Shown piece by piece: positions 9,238 through 17,600 of a stretch of DNA of 64,000 nucleotides. Location: assembly GCA_965660425.1 (NCBI GenBank), contig CBFHZX010000002.1:66942-130941 (forward strand). Direction: 5' to 3'. The DNA is from Sulfitobacter sp. (GTDB taxonomy: Bacteria > Pseudomonadota > Alphaproteobacteria > Rhodobacterales > Rhodobacteraceae). Below the pieces are notes generated by a model. That model was not told where the DNA came from and did not search any database. It saw only the letters and a list, made by a program, of their open reading frames with translations. How positions within the stretch are numbered: position 1 is the first letter of the stretch; every line of letters starts with the position of its first letter. A program made the position numbers and the translations under genes.

Positions 9238-10332
9238 ATGAGCCCTGATATGACCCAAATGATCACGCCCCAGCCCGGTATTATGGATATCGCCCTTTAT
9301 CAGGGCGGTGCATCTCATGTGGCGGGCCATGAAAACGCGCTCAAGCTCAGCTCGAACGAGAATCCTTTTGGCCCGTCACCCGCCGCGATCAAAGCCTATG
9401 AGCGCGAAGGACGACAGTTGCACCGCTATCCCAGTGCCGACCATGCCGAGCTGCGCACTGCAATTGCTCAGGTCTACGGGTTAGACGCGGAACGCATCAT
9501 CTGCGGTGCAGGCTCGGATGAAATTATCGCGTTTTTGTGTCAGGCCTATGCGGGTCAGAGCACGGAAGTAATCCACACCGAGCACGGGTTTGCCATGTAC
9601 CGCATCTCCGCGCTTGCCGCAGGTGCGACCCCTGTAGAGGTCAAAGAGCATGAGCGTGTGACGGATGTGGATGCGATCCTTGCCGCTTGTACCGACAAAA
9701 CGCGGCTGGTCTTCCTCGCCAATCCCAACAACCCGACAGGCACGATGATCGGCTTGGGCGATATCACGCGGTTGGCGGAAGGTTTGCCGCCGCGGGCGCT
9801 TCTGGTGCTCGACGGGGCCTATGCCGAATATGTCGAAGGCTATGACGGCGGGGCGGCCTTGGTTGACAGCCGCCAGAATGTGGTGATGACGCGGACATTC
9901 TCCAAGATCTACGGGCTTGGTGGTTTGCGCATCGGCTGGGGCTATGGCCCTGCGCATGTGATTGACGTGCTGAACCGTGTGCGCGGGCCGTTCAATCTGA
10001 GCAATGCGGCCCTCGCTGCTGCCGAAGCTGCCGTGAGTGATGTGGCTTACGTGGATCATTGCCGCGCCGAGAATGCGCGCATGCGCACTTGGCTTGCCGA
10101 TGCTTTGGCCGAGATCGGCGTGCCGTCCGATGTGTCGCTCGCCAACTTCATCCTTGCGCGCTTTACCTCGCAATCAGAGGCCGAGGCCTGCGACCTGCAC
10201 CTGCAATCCCAAGGGCTGATCGTGCGCCGTGTCGGCGGCTACAAGCTCCCCACCTGCCTGCGCATCACCGTCGGCGACGAGAGCGGATGCCGCCGTGTCA
10301 TGCATGGCATCCGACAGTTCAAGGAAGCCTGA
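9238..10332 (+). CDS. hisC: Histidinol-phosphate aminotransferase
   Basis: Track ORF trimmed to [18 protein letters not shown] (alternative starts at 9250 and 9259). Class-II aminotransferase pattern ([27 protein letters not shown]). Confidence 0.9.
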   Translation: MSPDMTQMITPQPGIMDIALYQGGASHVAGHENALKLSSNENPFGPSPAAIKAYEREGRQLHRYPSADHAELRTAIAQVYGLDAERIICGAGSDEIIAFLCQAYAGQSTEVIHTEHGFAMYRISALAAGATPVEVKEHERVTDVDAILAACTDKTRLVFLANPNNPTGTMIGLGDITRLAEGLPPRALLVLDGAYAEYVEGYDGGAALVDSRQNVVMTRTFSKIYGLGGLRIGWGYGPAHVIDVLNRVRGPFNLSNAALAAAEAAVSDVAYVDHCRAENARMRTWLADALAEIGVPSDVSLANFILARFTSQSEAEACDLHLQSQGLIVRRVGGYKLPTCLRITVGDESGCRRVMHGIRQFKEA

Positions 10333-10334
10333 GC

Positions 10335-11258
10335 ATGGCACAGATATACGACCGCGTGGCACTGATCGGGCTGGGGCTGATCGCCTCATCCATGTTCTGG
10401 GCGATGAAGCGTGGCGGGCTGGCAGGCGAGGTCACAGGCTTTGCCCGCTCGGCCGAGACACGTGAGACGGCCCGCGAAATTAGTCTGTGCGATGTGGTCT
10501 ATGACGATATCAACGCGGCTGTAGAAGGCGCTGATCTGGTGGTGCTTTGTGTGCCCGTGGGCGTCATGGGCGCGGTGATGGAACAGATCGCGGGCAGCCT
10601 GAAGCAAGGCGCCACTGTCACCGATGTGGGCTCAGTCAAGCGTGATGTGATCACCAGCGTGACACCTCATCTGCCCGAGGGCGTGCATTTCGTGGCGGGT
10701 CATCCGCTGGCGGGCACCGAGCATTCCGGCCCGCGTTCAGGCTTTGCCGAACTCTTTGACAACCGCTGGTGCCTGCTTGTCCCTGCCGAAGGGACAGCGC
10801 CCGAGCCGATAGCAAAGCTGCGCGCCTTCTGGGAGGGGTTGGGATCGAACGTCGAGGAGATGGACGCGGATCACCATGATCTGGTGGTTGCAGTGACCTC
10901 CCATGCGCCGCACCTCATTGCCTATACGATGGTTGGTGTGGCAGATGATCTGCGCCGTGTGACTGATGGTGAGGTGATCAAATATTCCGCAGGTGGCTTT
11001 CGGGATTTCACCCGCATCGCCGCCTCTGATCCTACGATGTGGCGCGATGTGTTCCTGACCAACAAGGATGCCACACTGGAAATTCTGGGCCGTTTCACAG
11101 AAGAGCTATTCGCCCTGCAACGAGCGATCCGTCAGGGTGATGGCGATCACCTGTTTGACTATTTCACCCGCACCCGCGCGATCAGGCGCGGCATTATCGA
11201 GGCGGGGCAGGACACCGACGCGCCGAACTTTGGCCGCAACCCGGGGAGCAAACCATGA
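10335..11258 (+). CDS. tyrC: Prephenate/arogenate (cyclohexadienyl) dehydrogenase
   Basis: Track ORF trimmed to MAQIYDRVALIGLGLIASSM (ATG 10335, 2 nt after the hisC stop). NAD-binding fold plus a PDH domain (GHPLAGTEHSG). hisC-tyrC pairing is typical of alphaproteobacteria. Confidence 0.85.
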   Translation: MAQIYDRVALIGLGLIASSMFWAMKRGGLAGEVTGFARSAETRETAREISLCDVVYDDINAAVEGADLVVLCVPVGVMGAVMEQIAGSLKQGATVTDVGSVKRDVITSVTPHLPEGVHFVAGHPLAGTEHSGPRSGFAELFDNRWCLLVPAEGTAPEPIAKLRAFWEGLGSNVEEMDADHHDLVVAVTSHAPHLIAYTMVGVADDLRRVTDGEVIKYSAGGFRDFTRIAASDPTMWRDVFLTNKDATLEILGRFTEELFALQRAIRQGDGDHLFDYFTRTRAIRRGIIEAGQDTDAPNFGRNPGSKP

Positions 11259-11998
11259 AGCGACTGGCGATCCTTCTTTGCGCAATGGCGACGCTGTCCT
11301 GTGCAGGGCTCGACACATCATCGTGACCCGAAGCGCGGCCAAACCCCACGGCGGACGCAAGCATTGACCGCTCCGCCACTGAGAACAAGCGCGGGTTCTT
11401 CAAATCCCTGCGGCCCATTTTTCGCTCCCGCGATGCGGTTCCTGCCAATGCGCCTGCGCAATCGTTTCCCGTGGCAGGATCGGTCTGCGGTGACCCTGCA
11501 ATTCGCGGCGAAGTCGTAGGCCGTGTCTCTGGGCGTATCGCGGGCTGTGGCATCGAAAACGGGGTGAAGATCACAGCCGTCTCTGACATCAGCCTCAGCG
11601 TCGGCTCAACTATGGATTGCCCTACGGCGCGGGCGCTGAAATCATGGGTCGACAGCAGCGCGAAGCCTGCGTTCTCCAGCAAAGGAGGCGGGCTGCGCGA
11701 GATCAAGGTCGCGACACATTACGCCTGCCGCCGCCGCAACAACGCCAAGACGGGCAAGATTTCCGAGCATGGCAAGGGCAAGGCGATCGACATCTCGGCC
11801 TTCCGCATGGTCGACGGATCCGAGATCACGGTCTTTAAGGGGTGGAACGCGGCCGGCAGCCGCAAGGCCATGCGCCGCGTGCACGCCGACGCCTGCGGCC
11901 CGTTCGGCACAGTGCTGGGGCCAAAAGCGAACCGCTTTCATCTGGATCACTTCCATTTTGACACGGCCAGCTACCGCTCGGGGCGTTACTGCCGCTAG
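11255..11998 (+). pseudogene. Extensin-like C-terminal-domain lipoprotein gene interrupted by an in-frame TGA at 11324-11326
   Basis: From ATG 11255 (ATGA overlap with tyrC): MKRLAILLCAMATLSCAGLDTSS*PEARPNPTAD...CGDPAIRGEVVGRV...HGKGKAIDISAF...HLDHFHFD. The lipobox signal peptide and the extensin-like domain are in the same frame, separated by one stop. Confidence 0.75.
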
Positions 11999-12999
11999 GG
12001 GATCACGAAACGCGGGGCAGGGCCAAGGGGGAAGAACCCCAAACGCATCTGGCCATCAGTGATCGTAATTTGCGCGTCCAGAGACGTGTCGCCACCAGAC
12101 ATCCCCGCAAGCAGGGTGAGCGCACTTTCGATCTGGGGGCGCGTCTCAGTGGTGAGTGCGCCTGCGTTCTGCGCCAGATTGAGCATCCCTTGCCAGTTGT
12201 CGGCGCGCAGGGTGACGGCCCCTGTGAGAACACCCCCTGTCGCAACGGTCACATCGGCAGCGAATTCTGCACCGATATCGCCCCAAACGGCGCGGGCACT
12301 GTCGATTTTCAGAGCCGTCGGCTGTGGGCGATTGCCTGGCGTAGCGGTGCGCTCTAGTGGGCGGTCCAATGTGATATCGCCCCAAACCTCAAAGACATCG
12401 AACATAACTGGCCAAGAGTTGGGCAATTGCATTGCCGTGCGCAGCACACTGCCAGCGGCGAGGTCTGCCGTCATGAGGCTAAATTGATACTGGGCTGTGT
12501 TGTCTCGCTGCAAGATGAAGGCCTGAATGGCTCGCGCGCCTGCGATGCGGCCCTCCACAAGGTCAAGTCGAGGGTTGGCGATGATCACGCGCGCAGATTC
12601 CAGTGTGAGGCCCGTGTTCGGGCGCAGGCGTATCGCGGCCTTGGCGCCCTCATGGCTCAGGGTGATGGCCGTGCTCTGAGACGTGATCGCGATTTCGCCT
12701 GCGGGCACTAAGGTCTTTGCATGGCCAGGCCAATAGACGGGGGCAGAGACAGTCGCCTCAGGCACCTCTGCTCTGCTCTGACCGTCAATGGAGGCCATGG
12801 CGATGCCTTCCATCAGCGTCGCGATGCGCAGGGGAAATCCTGCGCGCGTCATCTGCTCTGTCGTGATCTGCACGCCGCTTGCACGGGGCGCTTGCATCAA
12901 CGCGGTGACACCCCGTTGCAGCCCTGTCGTGGCAACCGCCCACCACCCGATCCAGAGGACGGCGACAAGCAGGAGGATTTTAACAACGCTTCGGCCCAT
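11995..12999 (-). CDS. DUF2125-like membrane-anchored protein
   Basis: 334-aa ORF with an N-terminal anchor (VKILLLVAVLWIGWWAV). The pattern resembles DUF2125 proteins common in Rhodobacterales. Called from memory. Confidence 0.6.
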   Translation of the reverse strand: MGRSVVKILLLVAVLWIGWWAVATTGLQRGVTALMQAPRASGVQITTEQMTRAGFPLRIATLMEGIAMASIDGQSRAEVPEATVSAPVYWPGHAKTLVPAGEIAITSQSTAITLSHEGAKAAIRLRPNTGLTLESARVIIANPRLDLVEGRIAGARAIQAFILQRDNTAQYQFSLMTADLAAGSVLRTAMQLPNSWPVMFDVFEVWGDITLDRPLERTATPGNRPQPTALKIDSARAVWGDIGAEFAADVTVATGGVLTGAVTLRADNWQGMLNLAQNAGALTTETRPQIESALTLLAGMSGGDTSLDAQITITDGQMRLGFFPLGPAPRFVIP

Positions 13000-13059
13000 G
13001 TGCAGCCCTTTCCAATGACGCGCGTTTGAGGTTTACTTGACCCCAAACAGGAGAACCAG

Positions 13060-13590
13060 ATGAGTATGTGGGTATTCGGCTATGGCAGCTTGCTGTGGAA
13101 TCCGGGGTTTGAGGTGGCCGAGCAGGTGATCGCCACGCTGCCCGACTATGCGCGCTCGTTCTGCATGCGCTCAATCCACCATCGCGGGACTGTTGAGGAC
13201 CCGGGGCTGGTGCTGGCGCTGGACAAGCAGGCGGGCGAGGCCTGTGAAGGTGTGGCGCTGCGCGTTGTAGCGGGGCAGGAGGCGCAGACGCTGGCCTATC
13301 TGCGCGAGCGGGAGTTGATCTCCTCGGCCTATGTGGAAAAGGAGCTGGCCGTGCGCCTGTCGGACGGGCGCGAGGTCACGGCGCGGGTCTATGTAATTGA
13401 CGAGGCGCATGATCAATATTGCGGTGGTCTGCCGCTGGAAGAGCAGGCGCAGATCATGGCCCATGCGGTTGGCGGGGGTGGTCCCAACAGCGAATACCTC
13501 TATAATACAGCCGATCATCTGGCCACTTTGGGCCTACATGATCTTGCGCTGGAATGGCTGGCCACACGGGTGCGCGAGATCACTGCATAA
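13060..13590 (+). CDS. ChaC-family gamma-glutamylcyclotransferase
   Basis: MSMWVFGYGSLLWNPGF... is the canonical ChaC N-terminus. 176 aa. Confidence 0.85.
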   Translation: MSMWVFGYGSLLWNPGFEVAEQVIATLPDYARSFCMRSIHHRGTVEDPGLVLALDKQAGEACEGVALRVVAGQEAQTLAYLRERELISSAYVEKELAVRLSDGREVTARVYVIDEAHDQYCGGLPLEEQAQIMAHAVGGGGPNSEYLYNTADHLATLGLHDLALEWLATRVREITA

Positions 13591-13668
13591 ATCCTTTTGG
13601 TTTTTGCTGGTTTCAGGGTACGCTACTCCTAAACAAGACCAACGAGCAGTAACAATAAGGTCAGGAGT

Positions 13669-14904
13669 TTGAGGCGCATGGCGCAGCCAGACCGCGAAGT
13701 CGCACCGCAATTCTCTCAACCCGTACGGCAGATCACGCTGATGCTTTTGGTGCTGGGCCTGTCGGGCTTTGGCGTGTTCATGGCACTGCCACGGGTCCTG
13801 CCCGTGTTTCAGGCCAACCCCTATCTCAACGGGTTCATCTTCTTTGTCTTTCTGATCGGCGTGGTCGCCTGTTTCTATCAGGTACTACAGCTTATCGGCT
13901 CGGTCCGCTGGATTGAGGATTTCGCCTCGGATGAGGGCACGTCGGAGGACACGCCGCCCCAAATGCTTGCTCCGTTGGCCGCCCTGCTGCGCACCCGTGG
14001 TGCACGCATGCAGGTGAGCGCGTCGTCCACCCGCTCAATCCTTGATTCAGTGGCCACCCGCATCGATGAAGCGCGCGAGATCACGCGCTATATCGTCAAC
14101 ACGCTGATTTTCTTGGGCCTTTTGGGGACGTTCTACGGCCTCGCCATTACGGTGCCCGCAATCGTTGAGACGATCCGCACTCTGACCCCCCAAGCGGGCG
14201 AGAGCAGCACAGACGTGTTTGGCCGCCTGATGATGGGGCTGGATTCGCAGCTGTCGGGTATGGGCGTGGCCTTTGCCTCCTCCTTGCTGGGGCTGGCAGG
14301 ATCGCTGATCGTGGGCCTGCTGGAGCTGTTCGCAGGACACGGGCAGAACCGCTTTTATCAAGAGCTGGAAGACTGGCTCAGCTCCATCACGCGGGTCGGA
14401 TTTGCGGCAGGTGATGACAGCACGCCCGAGCAGGCGGTGATGGCGGGTATGGTTGATCACATGGCCGAGCAGATGGAGAACATGCAGGAGATGTTCAGCC
14501 GCTCTGAAGCGGGTCGTGCCGAGGTGGAGCAGCGCCTTGGTGCGCTCGCCGCTTCAATTGATCGGATGGCCGTGCAGATGGGGGATCAGAACAACGGATC
14601 GGCGGCGCTCGAGCGGATTGCCGAGGGGCAGGAGCGCATGATTGCGGCACTTGAGCAGCAAGGACCAGCGCCTGCTTTGGACAGCGGGGGAGGCGACGCC
14701 GAAAGCCGTATGCGCCTACGTTCCATCGACGTGCAAATGCTGCGCATTCTTGAGGAAATCTCGGCAGGGCGGCAGGAAACGATGGCCGAGTTGCGTCAGG
14801 AAATCTCAATGCTGGTCAAAGCATTGTCAGCAGGGCGAAGCAGCACCGAGACGCGGCGCATGCGCGCGACAGGCAAGCCTGCAGGTGGCGGCAAGGAGGG
14901 CTGA
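13669..14904 (+). CDS. MotA/TolQ/ExbB-like proton-channel protein with a helical cytoplasmic tail
   Basis: 411 aa. TM helices include IVNTLIFLGLLGTFYGLAITVPAIV and VAFASSLLGLAGSLIVGLLELF (LGLLGT motif). The C-terminal ~190 aa are E/Q/M/R-rich. ATG 13678 is an alternative start. Confidence 0.7.
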   Translation: MRRMAQPDREVAPQFSQPVRQITLMLLVLGLSGFGVFMALPRVLPVFQANPYLNGFIFFVFLIGVVACFYQVLQLIGSVRWIEDFASDEGTSEDTPPQMLAPLAALLRTRGARMQVSASSTRSILDSVATRIDEAREITRYIVNTLIFLGLLGTFYGLAITVPAIVETIRTLTPQAGESSTDVFGRLMMGLDSQLSGMGVAFASSLLGLAGSLIVGLLELFAGHGQNRFYQELEDWLSSITRVGFAAGDDSTPEQAVMAGMVDHMAEQMENMQEMFSRSEAGRAEVEQRLGALAASIDRMAVQMGDQNNGSAALERIAEGQERMIAALEQQGPAPALDSGGGDAESRMRLRSIDVQMLRILEEISAGRQETMAELRQEISMLVKALSAGRSSTETRRMRATGKPAGGGKEG

Positions 14905-14906
14905 GG

Positions 14907-16604
14907 GTGGCATTGTCGCGACGCACTGGCGCGCGGTTCCAAGGGTCAATCTGGCCCGGCTTTGTGGATGCGATGACAGGGCTTTTGCTGGTCCTGATGT
15001 TCGTCCTCACCATCTTTATGGTCGTGCAATTTGTGCTGACCGAACAGATTTCAGGGCAAGAGACCGAGCTGGACGAGTTGTCGTCCGAAGTGGCCGCCTT
15101 GGCCCAGGCCTTGGGGCTGGAGCGACGCGCCACGGCCGATCTGGAAACGCAGGCGGAACAGCAAAACGCTTTGATTGCAACGCTGCAAGCGGCCCGCGCA
15201 GAGCAGGCCGAAGCGTTGGCGGCTGCGCAAACGCAGATCTCCAGCTTTGAGGCGCAAGTGGCTGGTTTAATTGCAGATCGTGACAGTGCGTTGGGGCAGG
15301 TATCTGATCTGGAGGCGCGTGAAGCGACGCTGCTGAGTGAGCAGGAGGCGTTGAATTTGGCCTTGGCTGCCAGCCGTGAGGAAGTCGATGCGCAGAGTGA
15401 GCAGGCGCGGCTGGCGGCGGCACGGCGCGAAGCGCTAGAGGCGCTGATGAATGATCTGCGCGCCCGCAATGCAGAGGCTCAAGGTCAGATCGAGGTGCTG
15501 ACTGCTGACAGGGACGCCGCACAAGAGGCGTTGAGCGCGCAGGAGGCGGCGCAACTGGCCGAGGCGGCTGCGGCTGAGGCCTTGAGAGAGCGACTGGCGA
15601 ATGCCGATACCGAGCTAACGGCAATGACCTTGTCCCTTGAGGCGCAGCGCAGAGAGGCGGAGGAGACGCTGACCTTGCTAGCCGCAGCGCGGGCGGCGCA
15701 GGAAGAGCTGGACTTGCGTCTGTCGGCTGCGCAGGAGGGGAGCGAGGCCGAGATAGAGGATTTGCGGGCGCGGTTGGCGGCGGCGTTGGCGGCGCAGCTT
15801 TCCGCCGAGACTGCAGCGGGTGAGACACAGACGGAGGCTGAGCAACGCGCTGCGTTGTTGGCCCAAGCGCAGTCGGAGTTGGCGCAGGAACAGGAAACAT
15901 CTGCTGCAGCGCAACGTCAGACAGAGGCTTTGAATCAACAGGTTGCGGCGCTTAGGTTGCAGCTGAGCAACCTTCAGGGATTGCTGGACGAGGCAGAAGT
16001 TGCCGATGCAGCGCGGCAGGTGGAGCTGCAATCGCTTGGCTCACAGCTTAACACCGCGCTGGCGCGGGTAGCCGCCGAGGAGCGGCGACGGGCAGAGCTG
16101 GAGGCGGCGGAGGTCGCGCGGCTGGAGGCAGAGACGAAGAACCTCGAGCAGTACCGCTCAGAGTTCTTTGGGCGCCTGCGCACCGTGCTTGGAACGCAGG
16201 AAGGCGTGCGGATCGAGGGCGACAGATTTGTCTTTAGTTCCGAGGTGTTATTCCCGCCCGGCGGTGCTGATCTGTCGCGCGAGGGGCGCGGGGAGGTGGC
16301 CAAGGTTGCGGGCATCTTGCGCAATGTGGCGGCGGATATTCCCGATGGCATCGACTGGGTCATTCGGGTGGACGGGCATACGGATAATGTGCCGCTCTCA
16401 GGGCAGGGCGAGTTTGCGGATAATTGGGAGCTGAGCCAAGCGCGGGCCTTGTCGGTGGTCAAATACATGGCCAACTTTCTGGGTATACCGCCCGACAGAT
16501 TGGCGGCGAACGGGTTCGGGCAATACCAGCCTGTGGACGCCGCCGACACCGATGCGGCGCGGGCGCGCAATCGGCGGATCGAGTTGAAATTTACTGAAAA
16601 ATAG
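14907..16604 (+). CDS. MotB/OmpA-like peptidoglycan-binding protein with a very long coiled-coil linker
   Basis: 565 aa, GTG start 3 nt after the upstream stop. MotB-like TM segment with a conserved Asp (WPGFVDAMTGLLLVLMF). About 360 aa of A/E/Q/L-rich heptad-like sequence. C-terminal OmpA domain (NWELSQARALSV...ARNRRIELKF). Confidence 0.8.
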   Translation: MALSRRTGARFQGSIWPGFVDAMTGLLLVLMFVLTIFMVVQFVLTEQISGQETELDELSSEVAALAQALGLERRATADLETQAEQQNALIATLQAARAEQAEALAAAQTQISSFEAQVAGLIADRDSALGQVSDLEAREATLLSEQEALNLALAASREEVDAQSEQARLAAARREALEALMNDLRARNAEAQGQIEVLTADRDAAQEALSAQEAAQLAEAAAAEALRERLANADTELTAMTLSLEAQRREAEETLTLLAAARAAQEELDLRLSAAQEGSEAEIEDLRARLAAALAAQLSAETAAGETQTEAEQRAALLAQAQSELAQEQETSAAAQRQTEALNQQVAALRLQLSNLQGLLDEAEVADAARQVELQSLGSQLNTALARVAAEERRRAELEAAEVARLEAETKNLEQYRSEFFGRLRTVLGTQEGVRIEGDRFVFSSEVLFPPGGADLSREGRGEVAKVAGILRNVAADIPDGIDWVIRVDGHTDNVPLSGQGEFADNWELSQARALSVVKYMANFLGIPPDRLAANGFGQYQPVDAADTDAARARNRRIELKFTEK

Positions 16605-16642
16605 GGGGTGCTTTGCGTACACCTGCTGTACACCGCTCGGTG

Positions 16643-17600
16643 TCAGGGCAGAGTTAGCGTGAATTGCTGCTGCTCGACCAAATCCGCTGCGCGGCGCAAT
16701 TCCGCGGTGCCTGTGTAGGTGCCAGAGGGCCACGGTGCACGGCTGCGTTTTTTGCCAATAGCGCGGAAGAGCTGGGCCTTGCGGTTTTTGAGCAGGAGAT
16801 CGCGTTCGATGACCTCCCCTTCGGGGCCTGTAAGGGACAGGTTTAGCACATCGCTTTTTTTGGGTGCCGAAGAGGAATGCATAGATGACCAAAGCATCGC
16901 TTTGCGCATCGGGCGCAGGAACGGTGCCTGCGCGGATGGCCTCAAATTCGGGAATCTCTACCGCAGCGCCTAGGCTTACGATGCCACCTTCCCGCACGGG
17001 GGGGCGCTCGGCCTACAGGGTGTCCTCGTCAGACTGGCCGCACGTGATGGTGCCGTGAGGGTCGAACGGGTCGATCACCTTGCCGTCGCGGCGTACCGAG
17101 AGGTGGACATGGGGGAATTGAGCGCGGCCCGACATGCCGACTTCGCCGAGGATATCGCCTGCCATGACTTGCTGGCCGCGCTCCACCGTGACGGAGCCTT
17201 CGCGCAGGTGGCAGTATTGCGTTTCCCACCCGTCGTCATGACGCAGAACCACGCCTTTGCCGCATTCGCGCCCCTTTACGCTGTCGGCATTGTCGGGGCC
17301 ATAGCGCACATCGGGGATACCGTCGCGAATGCCAGCTACTTTGCCAGCGGCAGCGGCAATCACGTCTACGCCCTCAGCGATCATGGCGTAGGTGGGCAGG
17401 GGGAAATCGGTGCCTTTGTGGCCGTCATAGCTCAGCCCTGTGCACAGGAAGTCCGAGTTTGCGTCAGAGGGATCGTGATCGACATATTGCTGGATTTAGC
17501 AAGGCCCCGTCAGATCGCAGTCAATCGGCGAGAGTCACGAAAACTCCCCCGCTGTGGCGGGCACAGCGAGGGAGAGAAGGGTCAAAAGACCAAAACGCAT
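16643..17600 (-). pseudogene. M23-family metallopeptidase gene with three in-frame stops (TGA 17535-17537, TAA 17496-17498, TAG 17013-17015) and a frameshift in an A7 run (T7 on + strand, 16855-16861)
   Basis: Read by eye from ATG 17600: [76 protein letters not shown]...HVHLSVRRDGKVIDPF...DEDTL*AERPPVREGGIVSLG...LFGTQKK, then the next frame: SDVLNLSLTGPEGEV...FTLTLP. HxH and HKGTDF motifs of M23 are present. The start overlaps the clpA stop (TAATG). Confidence 0.8.

Noticed and set aside
15057-16152. Apparent repetitiveness of the coiled-coil coding region as a DNA tandem repeat or VNTR.
   Set aside because: I could not find a fixed repeat unit. The redundancy is compositional (GCG/GAG/CAG/CTG codons for A/E/Q/L heptads), not an exact nucleotide repeat.
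13669-16604. Calling the MotA/MotB-like pair a Zorya anti-phage system.
   Set aside because: No ZorC/ZorD/ZorE-like genes (no helicase, nuclease or HNH partner) are adjacent. The long extension is on the B subunit rather than the A subunit. The surrounding genes are housekeeping. Only the architectural analogy is retained, in the finding.
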